Shown here piece by piece: positions 40,383-51,212 of a DNA stretch of 64,000 bases. This DNA comes from an uncultured delta proteobacterium (GTDB lineage: Bacteria > Desulfobacterota > Binatia > UBA9968). The stretch is from the NCBI GenBank assembly GCA_963745035.1, contig CAVUVW010000011.1:224001-288000 (forward strand), read 5' to 3'. The notes below the pieces were generated by a model. That model made no database searches. It was not told the DNA's origin and worked only from the letters and a program-made list of their open reading frames with translations. The translations under genes were made by a program, and so were the position numbers. Every line of letters starts with the position of its first letter. Within the stretch, counting starts at the first letter, position 1.

Positions 40383-42390
40383 CTAAGGTTTCTTTACCAG
40401 CATTAATCTGCTCTTCTTTGCTTCGGCAATCATGCGCTCGGCGTCTTCCGCTAATAGGTAGCGTTGCTCAACGAGGATTCTTGCCGCGCGGCTGATTTTC
40501 TCGACATAATCGTTGCGATTGCTATAACGTTCCTCGATCGATAGCCGCGGATCGCCAGTTCGGCGTCGCTCGGCCTTTGTCTTCGCGAAGCGAATGAAGG
40601 AGCCGAGTCAAGCCCGCTAGCTCGCCTTCGGCCAGTCCGCGCGGCCGCAGGTTCCAGCCGGTGAAGGTGCCGATCGGGACTTGTACGGCCGGCAGGCGAA
40701 TACCCGCGAGATCATTGCCATCGGCATCGACTTTGGGAACAAGTATCGTGTAAGCCGCCTCGACCGATCGCTTGCGGCGGATGAACGGATATTTTGCCGC
40801 GCCGCGATACCTGGACCGTAGTCGAGAAAGAGTTGCCGGTTGTGCAGTGCCGCGAAGCGCACGCCGGGAATCTTCGGAAAGCCGGTGCCGTTCCGCTTTG
40901 GCGAAACCAGGGTGCGTTCACGCACGGTTGGATACCTGCTCGGCGGCGGCTCGATTCCGTGAGTGACCCACTGGTCGAGAGCGACCAAGAGCGCACGTAA
41001 AACGTCGCCGGCGGGCAGCGGATTGATCGGCAGTTGACTGTCGTCCTTCACCGGCTCGGAGCCGAACGGGCTGTTATGCTGGGCGCTGGCGATGACGTAA
41101 AGTCGAACATTATCCGGCAGGCGCAAGTCGTTCCCTCGGCCGTCGGTGTGCGCCAGGCAACCACGTTTCTGCCAGTACTCCGTCGAAGTTTGCGTGTGAA
41201 AAATCAGCGGGTCGGTTCTCGGTCGCTTGAGAATCCCGTCGCGTCTGCCGGTCTGCGCATCTTTGATAATGCTGTAGGCGTGCGGAAAGAGCTCAGGGTC
41301 GAGCTGGTTGGTGTGTTGCTGCGACGAGGTAACCGGACGAGCGAATTCGTAGTTCAAGAACAACCTGCCGCCGCCGGCGACGTGCGGCGCGACAGCGTCG
41401 AAGACTTTGCGATGGGCTTCGTCTTCGTTGAAGCCGTGATAGACGAGGTCGCGCAGGTAACGGCCGCTTTGTGAGCGTCCCCACGCGTAGGCATGGCTGA
41501 TGCTGTTTTTCTTTCCACGGGCGATGAGCGGATTCGATTTGCCTGCGCGATCTTTCTTTTCGTAGCGCAAAAAGGAAATCAGATCGCGCGCGACCGCGAA
41601 CCCTAATCCGAGCACCAGCGGGTTTTTTGCCGGATAGATGAATTCGTAAATGTGACCGGGTTTGAAACCCCCGGCGACAAAGAGATGACCGGCACTGGGC
41701 TTGACGGTTTCCTTGCCGCTCCGTGGATCTTTGATGCACTCAGCGAATTTCCACTCCGCTTCCGGCACGGGAAGTCGTTTACCATACGATTTCTCGCGCA
41801 CCGTCAACCTCGCTCGTGATTTATCTAACGACGCCGCTGGGTAGCTCTTGACCCGCGCGTCGCCGCTCAGCGGGTGAGACTTGATGCCTTTCTCATCGAC
41901 GACGATCTCCGTGCGGGTTTGTGCGACGATCGGCTTGTCGCCGTTCGCCGCGGCTGGAACCTTCAGCACCAGCCAATTTTTGAGCGGCAGCAAATCGCCC
42001 TGCCAGCCGCACCAGACGATGGTGTAGCCCTCGCGCATGAGAAAGCCGTTGCCGGCGTCTGCGAGCGTGCTCGGATCATTGGCTTCCGGTGCATCGTTGA
42101 GAAAAGCGAGAATGCGTTTGCCGCCGCGGTTGGGCGCGTCGAAGAAAATTTTTCCGTTGCTGCGCGCCATGTCCAGCGGTTTCAAGATGAAGAGGTCGCT
42201 CGAGTACTCGACGCGGCCGCGCCGATTGCGTGGCGCCTTGTCGAGATTGACGATGCGTCCGGTTCAGCCGGTGCTGCGGAGCGACTTCGCCGTAAAGCTT
42301 GCCGACGAGCTTCTCGTAGGCTCCGGTAATCGGAAACTCGTGACCGCCGGCAAATGGTTCTCTTTTTTGAATGACGAGGCGCGTGATCAT
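40383..42390 (-). CDS. Alpha/beta hydrolase domain-containing protein; frameshifted
   Basis: GAYEKLVG, PNRGGK, GYTIVWCGWQGD, WGRSQSGRYLR, TSTEYWQ; C-terminus GIRLP..TGWNLR..DPRLSIEERY in other frames. Confidence 0.82.
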
Positions 42391-42411
42391 AAGTTCATAA
42401 GTAGGCGACTA

Positions 42412-43356
42412 TCAGTACTCGTTAAACATTCTTTGCAGTTCGCGCGGATCCTTGGTTTTCGTCAGGCCCAGCATGAGCAGGATGCGCGCTTTGTGGGGGA
42501 CCAAACTGTCGCCCTGGATGAACGGATCGTCCCAGTTAACCGGGATGCGTCCGCGGCCGCCGCGGTTGGAGAGGACGACCGGAATTCCTGAACCGGCGAT
42601 TTTTTCGATTCCCGCGAGTTGATCGGCGGAAGGGCGGCCGTTGTAGGCGTAGCCGCTGATGACCAGCCCTTGCGCTCCGGCGGCGACGCAGGCCTGCGCG
42701 GCGACATCATCGCCGCCGACGTACGCTGCGATCACATCGACCCTCGGCAACTCGCGGATCTCGCGCATATCGAACTCGGAGCGAAATGTGTGCCGGCGAG
42801 TCGGCGCATAGTAGAAGCTCACTTGATCTTCCTCAATATGCCCGAGGATGCCGCGGCCCAAGGAATCAAATCCTCCGGGGCGCTGATTGGTTTTTACAAC
42901 CTCGCGGGCGGAATGGATCTCCTCGTGCAAGGTGACCAGAACGCCCTTGCCGCGAGCTTCAGGGCAAAGGGTGAGGCGGATCGCATCGAGCATGTTGCGA
43001 TCGCCGTCGTTGCCGACCTCATCGTGTTTGCGCTGCGAAGCGACGACCACCACCGGTTTTTGTGTCCGAACGGTCAAATGGAGAAAGTAAGCGGTCTCTT
43101 CCGTAGTAAAGGTTCCGTGGGTGACGATGATTGCATCGACTCGCGGGTCTTCGGCGGCGCCGTTTGCCATTCGCACGAGATCATACCAGTGAGGCAATTG
43201 CAGGGCTCCGCTTCTCACGCGGGTTGCCTCGGTAACTTCGAAATCTGCCAACGCGCGCGCCTGCGGAATGTCTTTTAGCACTTCATCGATGCTGATGAGA
43301 CCGCGGCCGGTATTGGCTATCGTTCCGCCGGTGGAGATGATTCTGATTCGCGGCAT
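42412..43356 (-). CDS. Asparaginase/glutaminase family protein
   Basis: ISTGGTIA, THGTFTTEETA, ASQR, HSAREVVKT, KARILLML. Confidence 0.88.
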   Translation of the reverse strand: MPRIRIISTGGTIANTGRGLISIDEVLKDIPQARALADFEVTEATRVRSGALQLPHWYDLVRMANGAAEDPRVDAIIVTHGTFTTEETAYFLHLTVRTQKPVVVVASQRKHDEVGNDGDRNMLDAIRLTLCPEARGKGVLVTLHEEIHSAREVVKTNQRPGGFDSLGRGILGHIEEDQVSFYYAPTRRHTFRSEFDMREIRELPRVDVIAAYVGGDDVAAQACVAAGAQGLVISGYAYNGRPSADQLAGIEKIAGSGIPVVLSNRGGRGRIPVNWDDPFIQGDSLVPHKARILLMLGLTKTKDPRELQRMFNEY

Positions 43357-43524
43357 TCTTTTTCGCTCCAAAAACGTCTGATGTATTTCCCGGGATTATC
43401 ATCTGACGATTCGGCGCGTCAACCGCATTATCAGGCGACAGTCTGAAAATTGTTTGCGTCACTATCACTAAGTTGTTAAGAGAGCAGTCACGGTAGAGGC
43501 ATGGGGTAAATTAAGGAGAGCGGC

Positions 43525-44643
43525 ATGTGCAAAAGGCCTCTCGGGGTCCTTAGCGTTCTCATACTCGCGCTTGCGTATCCTGCGTCGCTTTTTGCCGCGG
43601 ATGCGAAGCGCCCGCCGGAATGGGACAAAGTTCTCGAAGCCGCCAAGAAGGATGGCAAGATTGTCATCGCCATTCCACCGGCCGCCGAGCTGCGCAAAGA
43701 AATGGAGATCGTCATCAAGCAAAAGCTCGGTTTCGAAGCTGAGCTCGTTCCCAATCCGGGGCCGCGCAACGCGAGCCGGATCGCGGCGGAGCAAAAAGCC
43801 GGTGTGCGTTTTTTCGACGCATTGATCGTGGGTACCGGCACGGCGCTTGGCCTAGCTCACGACGATATGCTGGAGCCGCTCGAGCCGCTATTCGTCCTGC
43901 CGGAAGTGAAGGACCCCAAGCAGTGGTGGGGCGGGCATATCTGGGAAGACAATCTGAGCACCAACCGGTTCCTTTACTCGTTTCTCGCCGATGTGAGCAC
44001 GCACGGGGTATGGTACAACACCACCCTCGCCAAGCCCGAAGACTTCCGCTCGTTCGACGACTATCTCAATCCAAAATGGAAGGGCAAGATCGGCTTCAGC
44101 GATCCGCGCGTGCCGAGCTCCGGACAATCGATCTGGTCTTTCATGTGGGATCTCAAAGGCGAAGAATTCCTCAAGAAACTGGTTCAACAGGATCTATTCA
44201 TCACGCGTGATTTACGGCAGCTTACCGATTCACTCGCCAAGGGCAAAGTCGCGGTGGCTTTCGGCATCGGACGAAGCCAGGCCGATCCTTTCGTCACTGC
44301 GGGTTTGCCGTTGAAAACGGTGCCGCCGCCGAAAGAGGGATTGCCGGCAAGCAATAGCTTCGGCGTCATCGGTATTGTCAAAAATGCACCCCATGCCAAC
44401 GCCACCAAGGTATTCATCAACTGGTTTCTCAGCCGAGACGGTCAAGAGTGGTACGGCAAGCTTATGGAAAACGGCACGCGCCGGCTCGACGTCGATACGA
44501 AATGGTTGAATGCGCTTGGTGTCAGCGCGGCCAAGGACGCGTTGACGATTCAGGACTATCATCGCATGCGCAATCACCTCGAAGACAAATACACCAAGGT
44601 TAGAGTGCCGGCGGGTAAGTTTGCCGAGACCATCATCAAATAG
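43525..44643 (+). CDS. ABC substrate-binding protein (SBP_bac_6-like)
   Basis: EWDKVLEAAKKDG, YNT, LNPKWKGKI, APHANATKVFINWFLSRDGQ. Confidence 0.85.
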   Translation: MCKRPLGVLSVLILALAYPASLFAADAKRPPEWDKVLEAAKKDGKIVIAIPPAAELRKEMEIVIKQKLGFEAELVPNPGPRNASRIAAEQKAGVRFFDALIVGTGTALGLAHDDMLEPLEPLFVLPEVKDPKQWWGGHIWEDNLSTNRFLYSFLADVSTHGVWYNTTLAKPEDFRSFDDYLNPKWKGKIGFSDPRVPSSGQSIWSFMWDLKGEEFLKKLVQQDLFITRDLRQLTDSLAKGKVAVAFGIGRSQADPFVTAGLPLKTVPPPKEGLPASNSFGVIGIVKNAPHANATKVFINWFLSRDGQEWYGKLMENGTRRLDVDTKWLNALGVSAAKDALTIQDYHRMRNHLEDKYTKVRVPAGKFAETIIK

Positions 44644-44683
44644 ATCAAAATCCATTCATTCCACTTGGAGGAGGACCATCTCG

Positions 44684-45682
44684 ATGCCGCGTCTGATGTT
44701 TTTGGTTTTGGTGTTCTTCCTCAGCATGGTCCTTCGACTGCCGCATGGGCACGCTGCGTCCGCTAGTTTGACCAAGATCCGCGTGGGCTACCCATCGCCG
44801 AGCGCGAGCATGTATCCGCTCTTCGTCACCAAAGAAGCAGGGATCTTCGAGAAGTATGGTTTCGACGCCGAGCTGATTTACGTCCAAGGCGTTCAGATGG
44901 TTCACGTTCACACAGCGGGCCAACTCGACTTCACCAGCACCTCTGGAATCGTCACTCTGCAATCTTCGGTAGGCGGTTCGGACTTGATCCTGCTCGCTAA
45001 CTCCATCGAAACCCATCTCATGAAAGTGATCGCGCACCCGAGTATCGCCGGCCCTGCGGACCTGAAAGGAAAATCGATCGGCGTCACCCGCTTCGGCTCC
45101 CTGACCGATCTGGCGCTAAGGCCGATTTTGGAACAGTGGAAGCTGGAGCCAGGCAAGGACGTAAGCCTGGTACAGATCGGCAGGCTTTCGGATTTCGTGC
45201 CGGCGATCCAGCAAAAACGTATCGCCGCCGGTATGCTTTCCTTCCCTACATCCTTTTTCGCCGAGAAGTTGGGACTCAAATCGCTCTATGATCTGTCTGA
45301 ATCGGGAATCGAAGTGCCGACCACAACGATCGCCGTGAGCCGGGCTTATGCCAACGCCAATCGCGAGCGCGTGCTGAGATATATGCGGGCTTATCTTGAA
45401 GGAACGCACCGGCTCCTGACGGACAAGGAAGTCAGCATCAAAGCCCTGCGAAGGTACGGCGGCATTCAGGATCCGGAGGTACTTTCCGCGACGTACGATT
45501 TATTCTCGTCGAAATACATCAAGAAAGTTCCGATTCTTACGGTCAAGGCCGTGCAAAATGCGCTTCAGCTTGTAGGAGAGAGCAACCCAAAAGCCAAGGG
45601 TCGCCGGCCGGCTGAGTTCATGGATACGAGTTACATCGACGAGCTGGAGAAAAGCGGGTTTATAAAAAAACTCTGGCAGTAA
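44684..45682 (+). CDS. ABC substrate-binding protein (NMT1/SsuA-like)
   Basis: EAGIFEKYG, DLKGKSIGVTRFGS, EFMDTSYIDELEKSGFIKKLW; RBS ggaggag. Confidence 0.87.
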   Translation: MPRLMFLVLVFFLSMVLRLPHGHAASASLTKIRVGYPSPSASMYPLFVTKEAGIFEKYGFDAELIYVQGVQMVHVHTAGQLDFTSTSGIVTLQSSVGGSDLILLANSIETHLMKVIAHPSIAGPADLKGKSIGVTRFGSLTDLALRPILEQWKLEPGKDVSLVQIGRLSDFVPAIQQKRIAAGMLSFPTSFFAEKLGLKSLYDLSESGIEVPTTTIAVSRAYANANRERVLRYMRAYLEGTHRLLTDKEVSIKALRRYGGIQDPEVLSATYDLFSSKYIKKVPILTVKAVQNALQLVGESNPKAKGRRPAEFMDTSYIDELEKSGFIKKLWQ

Positions 45683-45702
45683 ACTTGGACAGGAGATTCT
45701 TC

Positions 45703-46785
45703 GTGAACTATGCAACGATATCCGTTACCGCGCTGATTGTATTGATTGCCGGCGCGTTTGTCGCAGCGCCCTCGCGCGCCGCATCCGTCGAGGAAATCGC
45801 GCTTTACAATAAACCGGACCGGCAAAAAGTTCTGATCGAAGGCGCCAAGAAGGAAGGCAAGATCTCCTGGTATACGTCCTTGATCGTCGATCAGGTCGTG
45901 CGCCCCGTCAAAGAGGCTTTCGAGAAGGAGTATCCATTTCTGCAAGTGGAATTTTTTCGCGGCAACTCCGAGCGGCTGGTGCAAAAAATGTTCGCCGAGT
46001 ATCAGGGAAAACGCTACGAGGTCGATATCGTCGACGGCACCGTGACCGCGCCGATGGTGAAGAAGGGCGGGTATTTGCAGCGCTTCTATTCGCCGTACCT
46101 GGGAGAGTATCCGGCGGAGCTCAAGGACTCGCAGGGATACTGGGCGGTGAGCAACGTCTATTTCTTCTCGCTCGGATACAACACGCGCATGGTGAAGCCC
46201 AACGAAGTTCCCAAGACCTATGAAGACCTTCTCAATCCGCGCTGGAAGGGCCAGATGATGTGGTCGACGAGCCGCGGCTCGGGCGCGCCCATGTTCATCG
46301 GCAACGTTTTGCAGACCATGGGACAAGAGAAGGGCAAAGCCTATCTACAAAAACTAAAAGCCCAAAACGTTGCCAAAACGACGGCGAGCAACCGGCAACT
46401 GCTCGATCTCGTCATTGCGGGGGAGTATCCGATCGCCGTCCACATTTTCAATCACCACGCCCATATCAGCAAATCCGCCGGCGCACCGGTCGACTGGCAG
46501 GCCCTGGAGCCAGCTTCGGCGACGATCAACACCATCTCGCCGGTGACGCGCGCGCCTCATCCGCACGCGACGATGCTGCTTCTCGATTTTATTTTGTCGG
46601 AGAAGGGCCAGCGAGTTTTTCAAGCCGTCAACTATTTGCCGTCCCATCCAAAAATTCCCGCCAAGCAGGCGGATCTCAAGCCCGGCGGCGGACGCTTCAA
46701 GCGCGCGCTGTATTTCACGCCCGACGCGCAATTCAACGAGGGCAACGCCTGGGTTGAATATTTCGAAAATAATTTCATGCGCTGA
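45703..46785 (+). CDS. ABC substrate-binding protein (Fe3+-type), tandem paralog A
   Basis: DRQKVLIEGAKKEG, PKTYEDLLNPRWKG, APHPHA. Confidence 0.87.
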   Translation: MNYATISVTALIVLIAGAFVAAPSRAASVEEIALYNKPDRQKVLIEGAKKEGKISWYTSLIVDQVVRPVKEAFEKEYPFLQVEFFRGNSERLVQKMFAEYQGKRYEVDIVDGTVTAPMVKKGGYLQRFYSPYLGEYPAELKDSQGYWAVSNVYFFSLGYNTRMVKPNEVPKTYEDLLNPRWKGQMMWSTSRGSGAPMFIGNVLQTMGQEKGKAYLQKLKAQNVAKTTASNRQLLDLVIAGEYPIAVHIFNHHAHISKSAGAPVDWQALEPASATINTISPVTRAPHPHATMLLLDFILSEKGQRVFQAVNYLPSHPKIPAKQADLKPGGGRFKRALYFTPDAQFNEGNAWVEYFENNFMR

Positions 46786-46801
46786 CTGGTGAGTTTGGGA
46801 A

Positions 46802-46870
46802 AGGTCTCTCACTTCGTTCGAGGTGATAGATCACTTGCTTAGTTGTCATTCCGAGCGGAAGCGAGGAATT
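46802..46870. repeat. REP-like doublet (TGTCATTCCGAGCGGAAGCGAGGAA and a degenerate inverted copy)
   Basis: aggtctctcacttcgttcgaggtgata ... tgtcattccgagcggaagcgaggaatt. Confidence 0.55.
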
Positions 46871-46996
46871 TTCTGTCTTGAGCCTCATTGCGGGACTGAA
46901 AATAAACTACGAGCTGAGCGTGAGTCATCTTGACAGAGTAAGGCGACTGAGAATAGCTTCGCTCTGATGGGCAAGCGCTTTCGCGCGCGAGGAGAT

Positions 46997-48091
46997 ATGC
47001 GTATGGCCAAGTCGAGATTCGGGCTTTTCTTCCTGTCTGTTGCAATGATGCTGGGTGCGATCTCAGCTTCTCGTTTGGTTTACGCCGCAACCGTCGAAGA
47101 AGTCGCGCTCATGAACCGCGCCGATCGACAGAAAATCCTCATCGAAGGCGCCAAAAAAGAAGGCAAGGTTTCGCTCTACACTACGCTGATCGTCGATCAG
47201 GTCGTGCGGCCGGTCAAAGAAGCCTTCGAAAAAGAGTATCCGTTTCTCCAGGTGGAGTTCTTCCGCGGCAACTCCGAGCGCCTCGTCCAAAAGATGATGG
47301 CCGAGTACCAAGCGAAGCGGTACGAGGTCGATATTATCGACGGGACGGTGTCGCCGACGATGGTGCGGCGCGCCAATCTGCTGCAGCGCTTTCATTCACC
47401 TGTGCTCGGCGAATATCCCGCCGAGCTGAAAGACCCACAGAGCTTTTGGGGTTCGACCAATCTCTATTTTTTCGCCAGCGGGTACAATACGAAGATGATC
47501 AAACCAGCGGAAGCGCCGAAGACCTATGAAGATCTTCTGAACCCGCGCTGGAAAGGGCAGATGATGTGGTCGACGAGCCGCGGCTCGGGCGCGCCGATCT
47601 TCACGGGCACGATTCTCAACACCATGGGAGCGGAAGCGGGCAAAGCCTATCTGCAGAAACTGCGAGCGCAGAACATCGCCAAAACGACCGCAAGCAACCG
47701 GCAGGTCTTGGATCTGACGATCGCCGGAGAGTATCCGCTGGCGCTGCAAATTTTCAACCACCATGCGTATATCAGCAAGACCGCCGGCGCTCCGGTGGAT
47801 TGGATTCCGCACGAGCCAGTGACGGCGACCATCCAGACCATCGCGTTGGCAAAAAATTCGCCGCACCCGCACGCGGCGATGCTGTTCATCGACTTTGCAA
47901 TTTCGGAGAAAGGGCAGAAGGTTTTTCAGCAGTCGAACTATCTGCCGTCTCATCCGAAAGTCCCGGCCAAGCAAGCGGATCTCAAACCCGGCGGCGGGCG
48001 TTTCAAGCGAGCGTACTACATCAATCCCGACGCGCAATACGACAAGGGCAACGAGTGGGTGGACTACTTCAACAACGTCTTCGTGAAATAG
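46997..48091 (+). CDS. ABC substrate-binding protein (Fe3+-type), tandem paralog B
   Basis: Long identical peptide blocks with 45703 (LIVDQVVRPVKEAFEKEYPFLQVEFFRGNSERLVQKM). Confidence 0.87.
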   Translation: MRMAKSRFGLFFLSVAMMLGAISASRLVYAATVEEVALMNRADRQKILIEGAKKEGKVSLYTTLIVDQVVRPVKEAFEKEYPFLQVEFFRGNSERLVQKMMAEYQAKRYEVDIIDGTVSPTMVRRANLLQRFHSPVLGEYPAELKDPQSFWGSTNLYFFASGYNTKMIKPAEAPKTYEDLLNPRWKGQMMWSTSRGSGAPIFTGTILNTMGAEAGKAYLQKLRAQNIAKTTASNRQVLDLTIAGEYPLALQIFNHHAYISKTAGAPVDWIPHEPVTATIQTIALAKNSPHPHAAMLFIDFAISEKGQKVFQQSNYLPSHPKVPAKQADLKPGGGRFKRAYYINPDAQYDKGNEWVDYFNNVFVK

Positions 48092-48097
48092 GAGAAT

Positions 48098-49880
48098 GTG
48101 AGCGCTGTGGCCAGACAAACAACTAGCGAGGCCTACGATTACCGGCGGCGGCGCGCGCTCGGCGCGGCGCTTCCTCGGACTCGGCGCTTCCCGGCATTTC
48201 GATGTCGCCGTCTTGGTGATGATCGGTGTATCTCTGGTGACGGCTTATCTGGTGTTGCCGCCGCTCTACTCCGTCATCCAAACCAGTCTGTTCACGACCA
48301 AGCTCACCGGCGAGATCGATCAGTTCACGTTTCAATACTACAGAAACCTCATAAGCGAGCTGCGGGTTCTCGGACCGTTTCTGAACACCGTTTACTTCTC
48401 TGTCGGAAGCGCGCTCTTGGCGACGGCAGTCGGCGGCACCATCGCGTGGATCGTCACGCGCACGGACACGCCGCTGCGCGGCCTGGGCTATTTTACCGCT
48501 TTCGCTTCGTTCGGCACGCCATTTATTTTGTATACCATCGGCTGGCTCTTGCTGCTCGGGAAAGCCGGGCCGGTCAACTATTGGTTGAAGGCGCTGCTCA
48601 ACCAAGCCGGACCGGTGATCAACATTTATTCGCTCGCCGGCATGATTTTCATCGAGTCCTTGCTCTGGTCGCCGTTTGTTTTTCTCATGCTGGCGGCGGC
48701 CTTTCGTTCGATGGATCCCTCGCTCGAAGAGGCATCTGCCGTTTGCGGAGCGCGCATTTGGCAGACCATGCGCCGGGTGTCGCTGCGCTTGATGCTGCCG
48801 GCTTTTTTCTCGGTGTTGCTGCTCATCTTCATCCGCTCCTTTGAAGCGTTCGAGATCCCGGCGTTGGTCGGACTGCCGGGCGACGTGCGCGTGCTCACTA
48901 CTTCGATCTATATCGACGCGCAAAAGTTGCCGCCGCAGTACGGCAGCGCCGGCGCGTTTTCCGTGCTCCTCATGCTGGTGGTAGCGGGCACGCTCTATCT
49001 CTATTTTCGCGTGACGCGCGAGGGCGACCGCTTTCAAACCGTGACCGGCAAAGGCTACCGCCCCACAGTTATTCAACTTGGGCGCTGGCGCTATCTTGCG
49101 GCGCTCGTTTTGATCACCTATGCCACGGTGCTCCTGGTTCTGCCTTTTTTGATCATCGTCTGGGCGTCACTCTTGCCGTTCTACATCCAGCCTTCATTCG
49201 AAGCGATCGACCGCTTCACCTTGAAGAACTATTTCACGGCGCTGCATTTCCCCAAGATCATCGACTCGATCAAGAACAGCATTCTGCTCGGACTCGGCAG
49301 CGCCAGCGCGGTGATGGTGCTGACCTTGCTCGCGTCCTGGCTGTTGGTCAGAACCAAAATGCGCGGGCGCTGGCTGCTCGATCTCTTGACGACGCTGCCG
49401 CTGCTCTTTCCCGGCATCGTCATGGGGCTCGCCATTTTGCGTTTCTATTTGTTCGTGCCGATTCCCGTCTACGGCACTTTGTGGATTCTGTTGATCGCAT
49501 TCGTTACGCGCTATATCCCGTACGGCATCCGTTATACCCATTCAGGGTTGTTGCAGCTCCATAAGGAGTTGGAGGAGGCCGCTTACACATCGGGCGCATC
49601 CTGGTCCAACTGCATGCGGAAAATCATTCTTCCCCTGATGACACCGTCGTTTCTCGGCGGCTGGGTCTTCATCTTTCTGCTATCGGCCAAAGAGCTTTCC
49701 ATGTCGGTCCTGCTCGTAAGCCCGCAGACGCCGGTCGTTTCGGTCGCGATCTTCGAGCTGTGGGAAAACGCACAGGTGGGGGAGCTCGCCGCCTTCGGCG
49801 TCCTCTGGACCGTGATCCTGGTTTCCATCGCTATAGTCTATTATCTCTTTGCGCGCCGCTATGGCATACAGCAGAGTTGA
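48098..49880 (+). CDS. ABC permease, FbpB-like double TMD; N-terminal frameshift
   Basis: Two EAA loops (MDPSLEEAS..CGA; LHKELEEAA..SGA), FEIPALVG, KELS. Confidence 0.9.
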
Positions 49881-49949
49881 CAAGATCAATCGAGAATTCC
49901 ATTCTGGCGCGAATCGACCCGGTGCGGTCCCTCGAAAGCTTTTCCAACG

Positions 49950-51212
49950 TTGCGAATAGCGAGTAGCCAAAGCGCCTTGGCATTTCTCTTACAGCTCCGC
50001 GTGCCATTGTCGTGGGCGTTCCACGCGATTTGCCCGCGCGTTTGTGCCTGGATGATATGCTTGCTCTTGGTGGCGCTCGGCCCGGCGGAGCTCTCCGCTC
50101 AGGATTTGCCGGTAGCTGAGCGCGCATCGACTCGCGACTTCGTTGAATACTGGTCAGCAGCTCGCCTTTTTATCGAGGGCGGCAATCCTTACTCGCCGGA
50201 CGAACTGATTGTCTTGCAGCGGACCGCCGGATGGGGTGGCGTTCAACCTCTGATCATGTGGAATCCGCCTTGGGCGCTGCCGCTTGTTCTACCCTTCGGC
50301 ATCGCGGACTTCACCACCGGACAGATGTTCTGGCTTGTCCTGCACGTTTGGCTGATATTGATTTCGGCGCAAGTTCTCTGGCGCATCTATAACGACGCCG
50401 ACTCGGCGTCAAGGTTCTCTTGGGTCCTGGCACTGACCTTTGTGCCCGTGGTCTTTGTTCTCGTTATCGGTCAAATCACGCCGCTAACGCTTGCCGGATT
50501 AGCACTGTTTCTGCATGGCGAGCGAAAACAAAAGTATTGGGCGTGGGGTGCTTCGTTGGTACTTCTTTCGATCAAGCCGCACGTTCTCTATTTATTTTGG
50601 ATCGTTCTTCTGTTCTGGATTTTCGACAGGCGTCCGCGCCGGCTACTGTTCTCGGCGGCTTTGTTTGGTCTCGGGGCGCTCCTCCTGCCTCTTTTGTTCG
50701 ATCCCGAAATTTATTCGAAATATCTTGTGTTGTACGGCGCTCCTGGAATTGACAAGCCCATGGATTGGCCAGCGCCGACGCTGCGCAACGTCATTCGAAT
50801 ATTTTTCGGGACAGGGGAGACTTGGCTGCAGATCGCGCCGACGGTCATTGCCGCTGGATGGTCGATCTATCATTGGACGAAGCACAGACACCAGTGGCTC
50901 TGGCGTGAGCAGCTGCCGCTTCTTTGTGTGGTGTCCGTCAGTACCAGTATATTTGTTTGGACTTACGATCACGTCGTTTTTCTGCCGGCAATCATGCAGG
51001 CGGCGGCATGGATGAGCCGAAGCCCCGTAGTGTGGCATAGGTACCTGTCGGCGCGCGTCTATATGGCGATCAACGGCTGCCATTTTTTACTTAGGTTTTG
51101 GCTGTCGCAAGAACTCTGGTATTTTTGGTTGGCACCGGCGCTACTGATCAACTACTTGATCTTTTGCCGGGAGCGAAAAGGACTGCGCTCGAATGAGGCC
51201 GCGATGCCATGA
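49950..51212 (+). CDS. GT87-like (DUF2029) glycosyltransferase; start possibly 50052
   Basis: DFVEYWSA, GGNPY, MWNPPW, GQIT, SIKPH, WTYDHVV. Confidence 0.78.
   Translation: MRIASSQSALAFLLQLRVPLSWAFHAICPRVCAWMICLLLVALGPAELSAQDLPVAERASTRDFVEYWSAARLFIEGGNPYSPDELIVLQRTAGWGGVQPLIMWNPPWALPLVLPFGIADFTTGQMFWLVLHVWLILISAQVLWRIYNDADSASRFSWVLALTFVPVVFVLVIGQITPLTLAGLALFLHGERKQKYWAWGASLVLLSIKPHVLYLFWIVLLFWIFDRRPRRLLFSAALFGLGALLLPLLFDPEIYSKYLVLYGAPGIDKPMDWPAPTLRNVIRIFFGTGETWLQIAPTVIAAGWSIYHWTKHRHQWLWREQLPLLCVVSVSTSIFVWTYDHVVFLPAIMQAAAWMSRSPVVWHRYLSARVYMAINGCHFLLRFWLSQELWYFWLAPALLINYLIFCRERKGLRSNEAAMP

Noticed and set aside
37085-48091. DGR template/variable repeat pair, suggested by the Avd-related four-helix gene and near-identical SBP segments
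   Set aside because: No reverse transcriptase is present, and paralog differences are mostly synonymous third-position changes, not adenine-specific.
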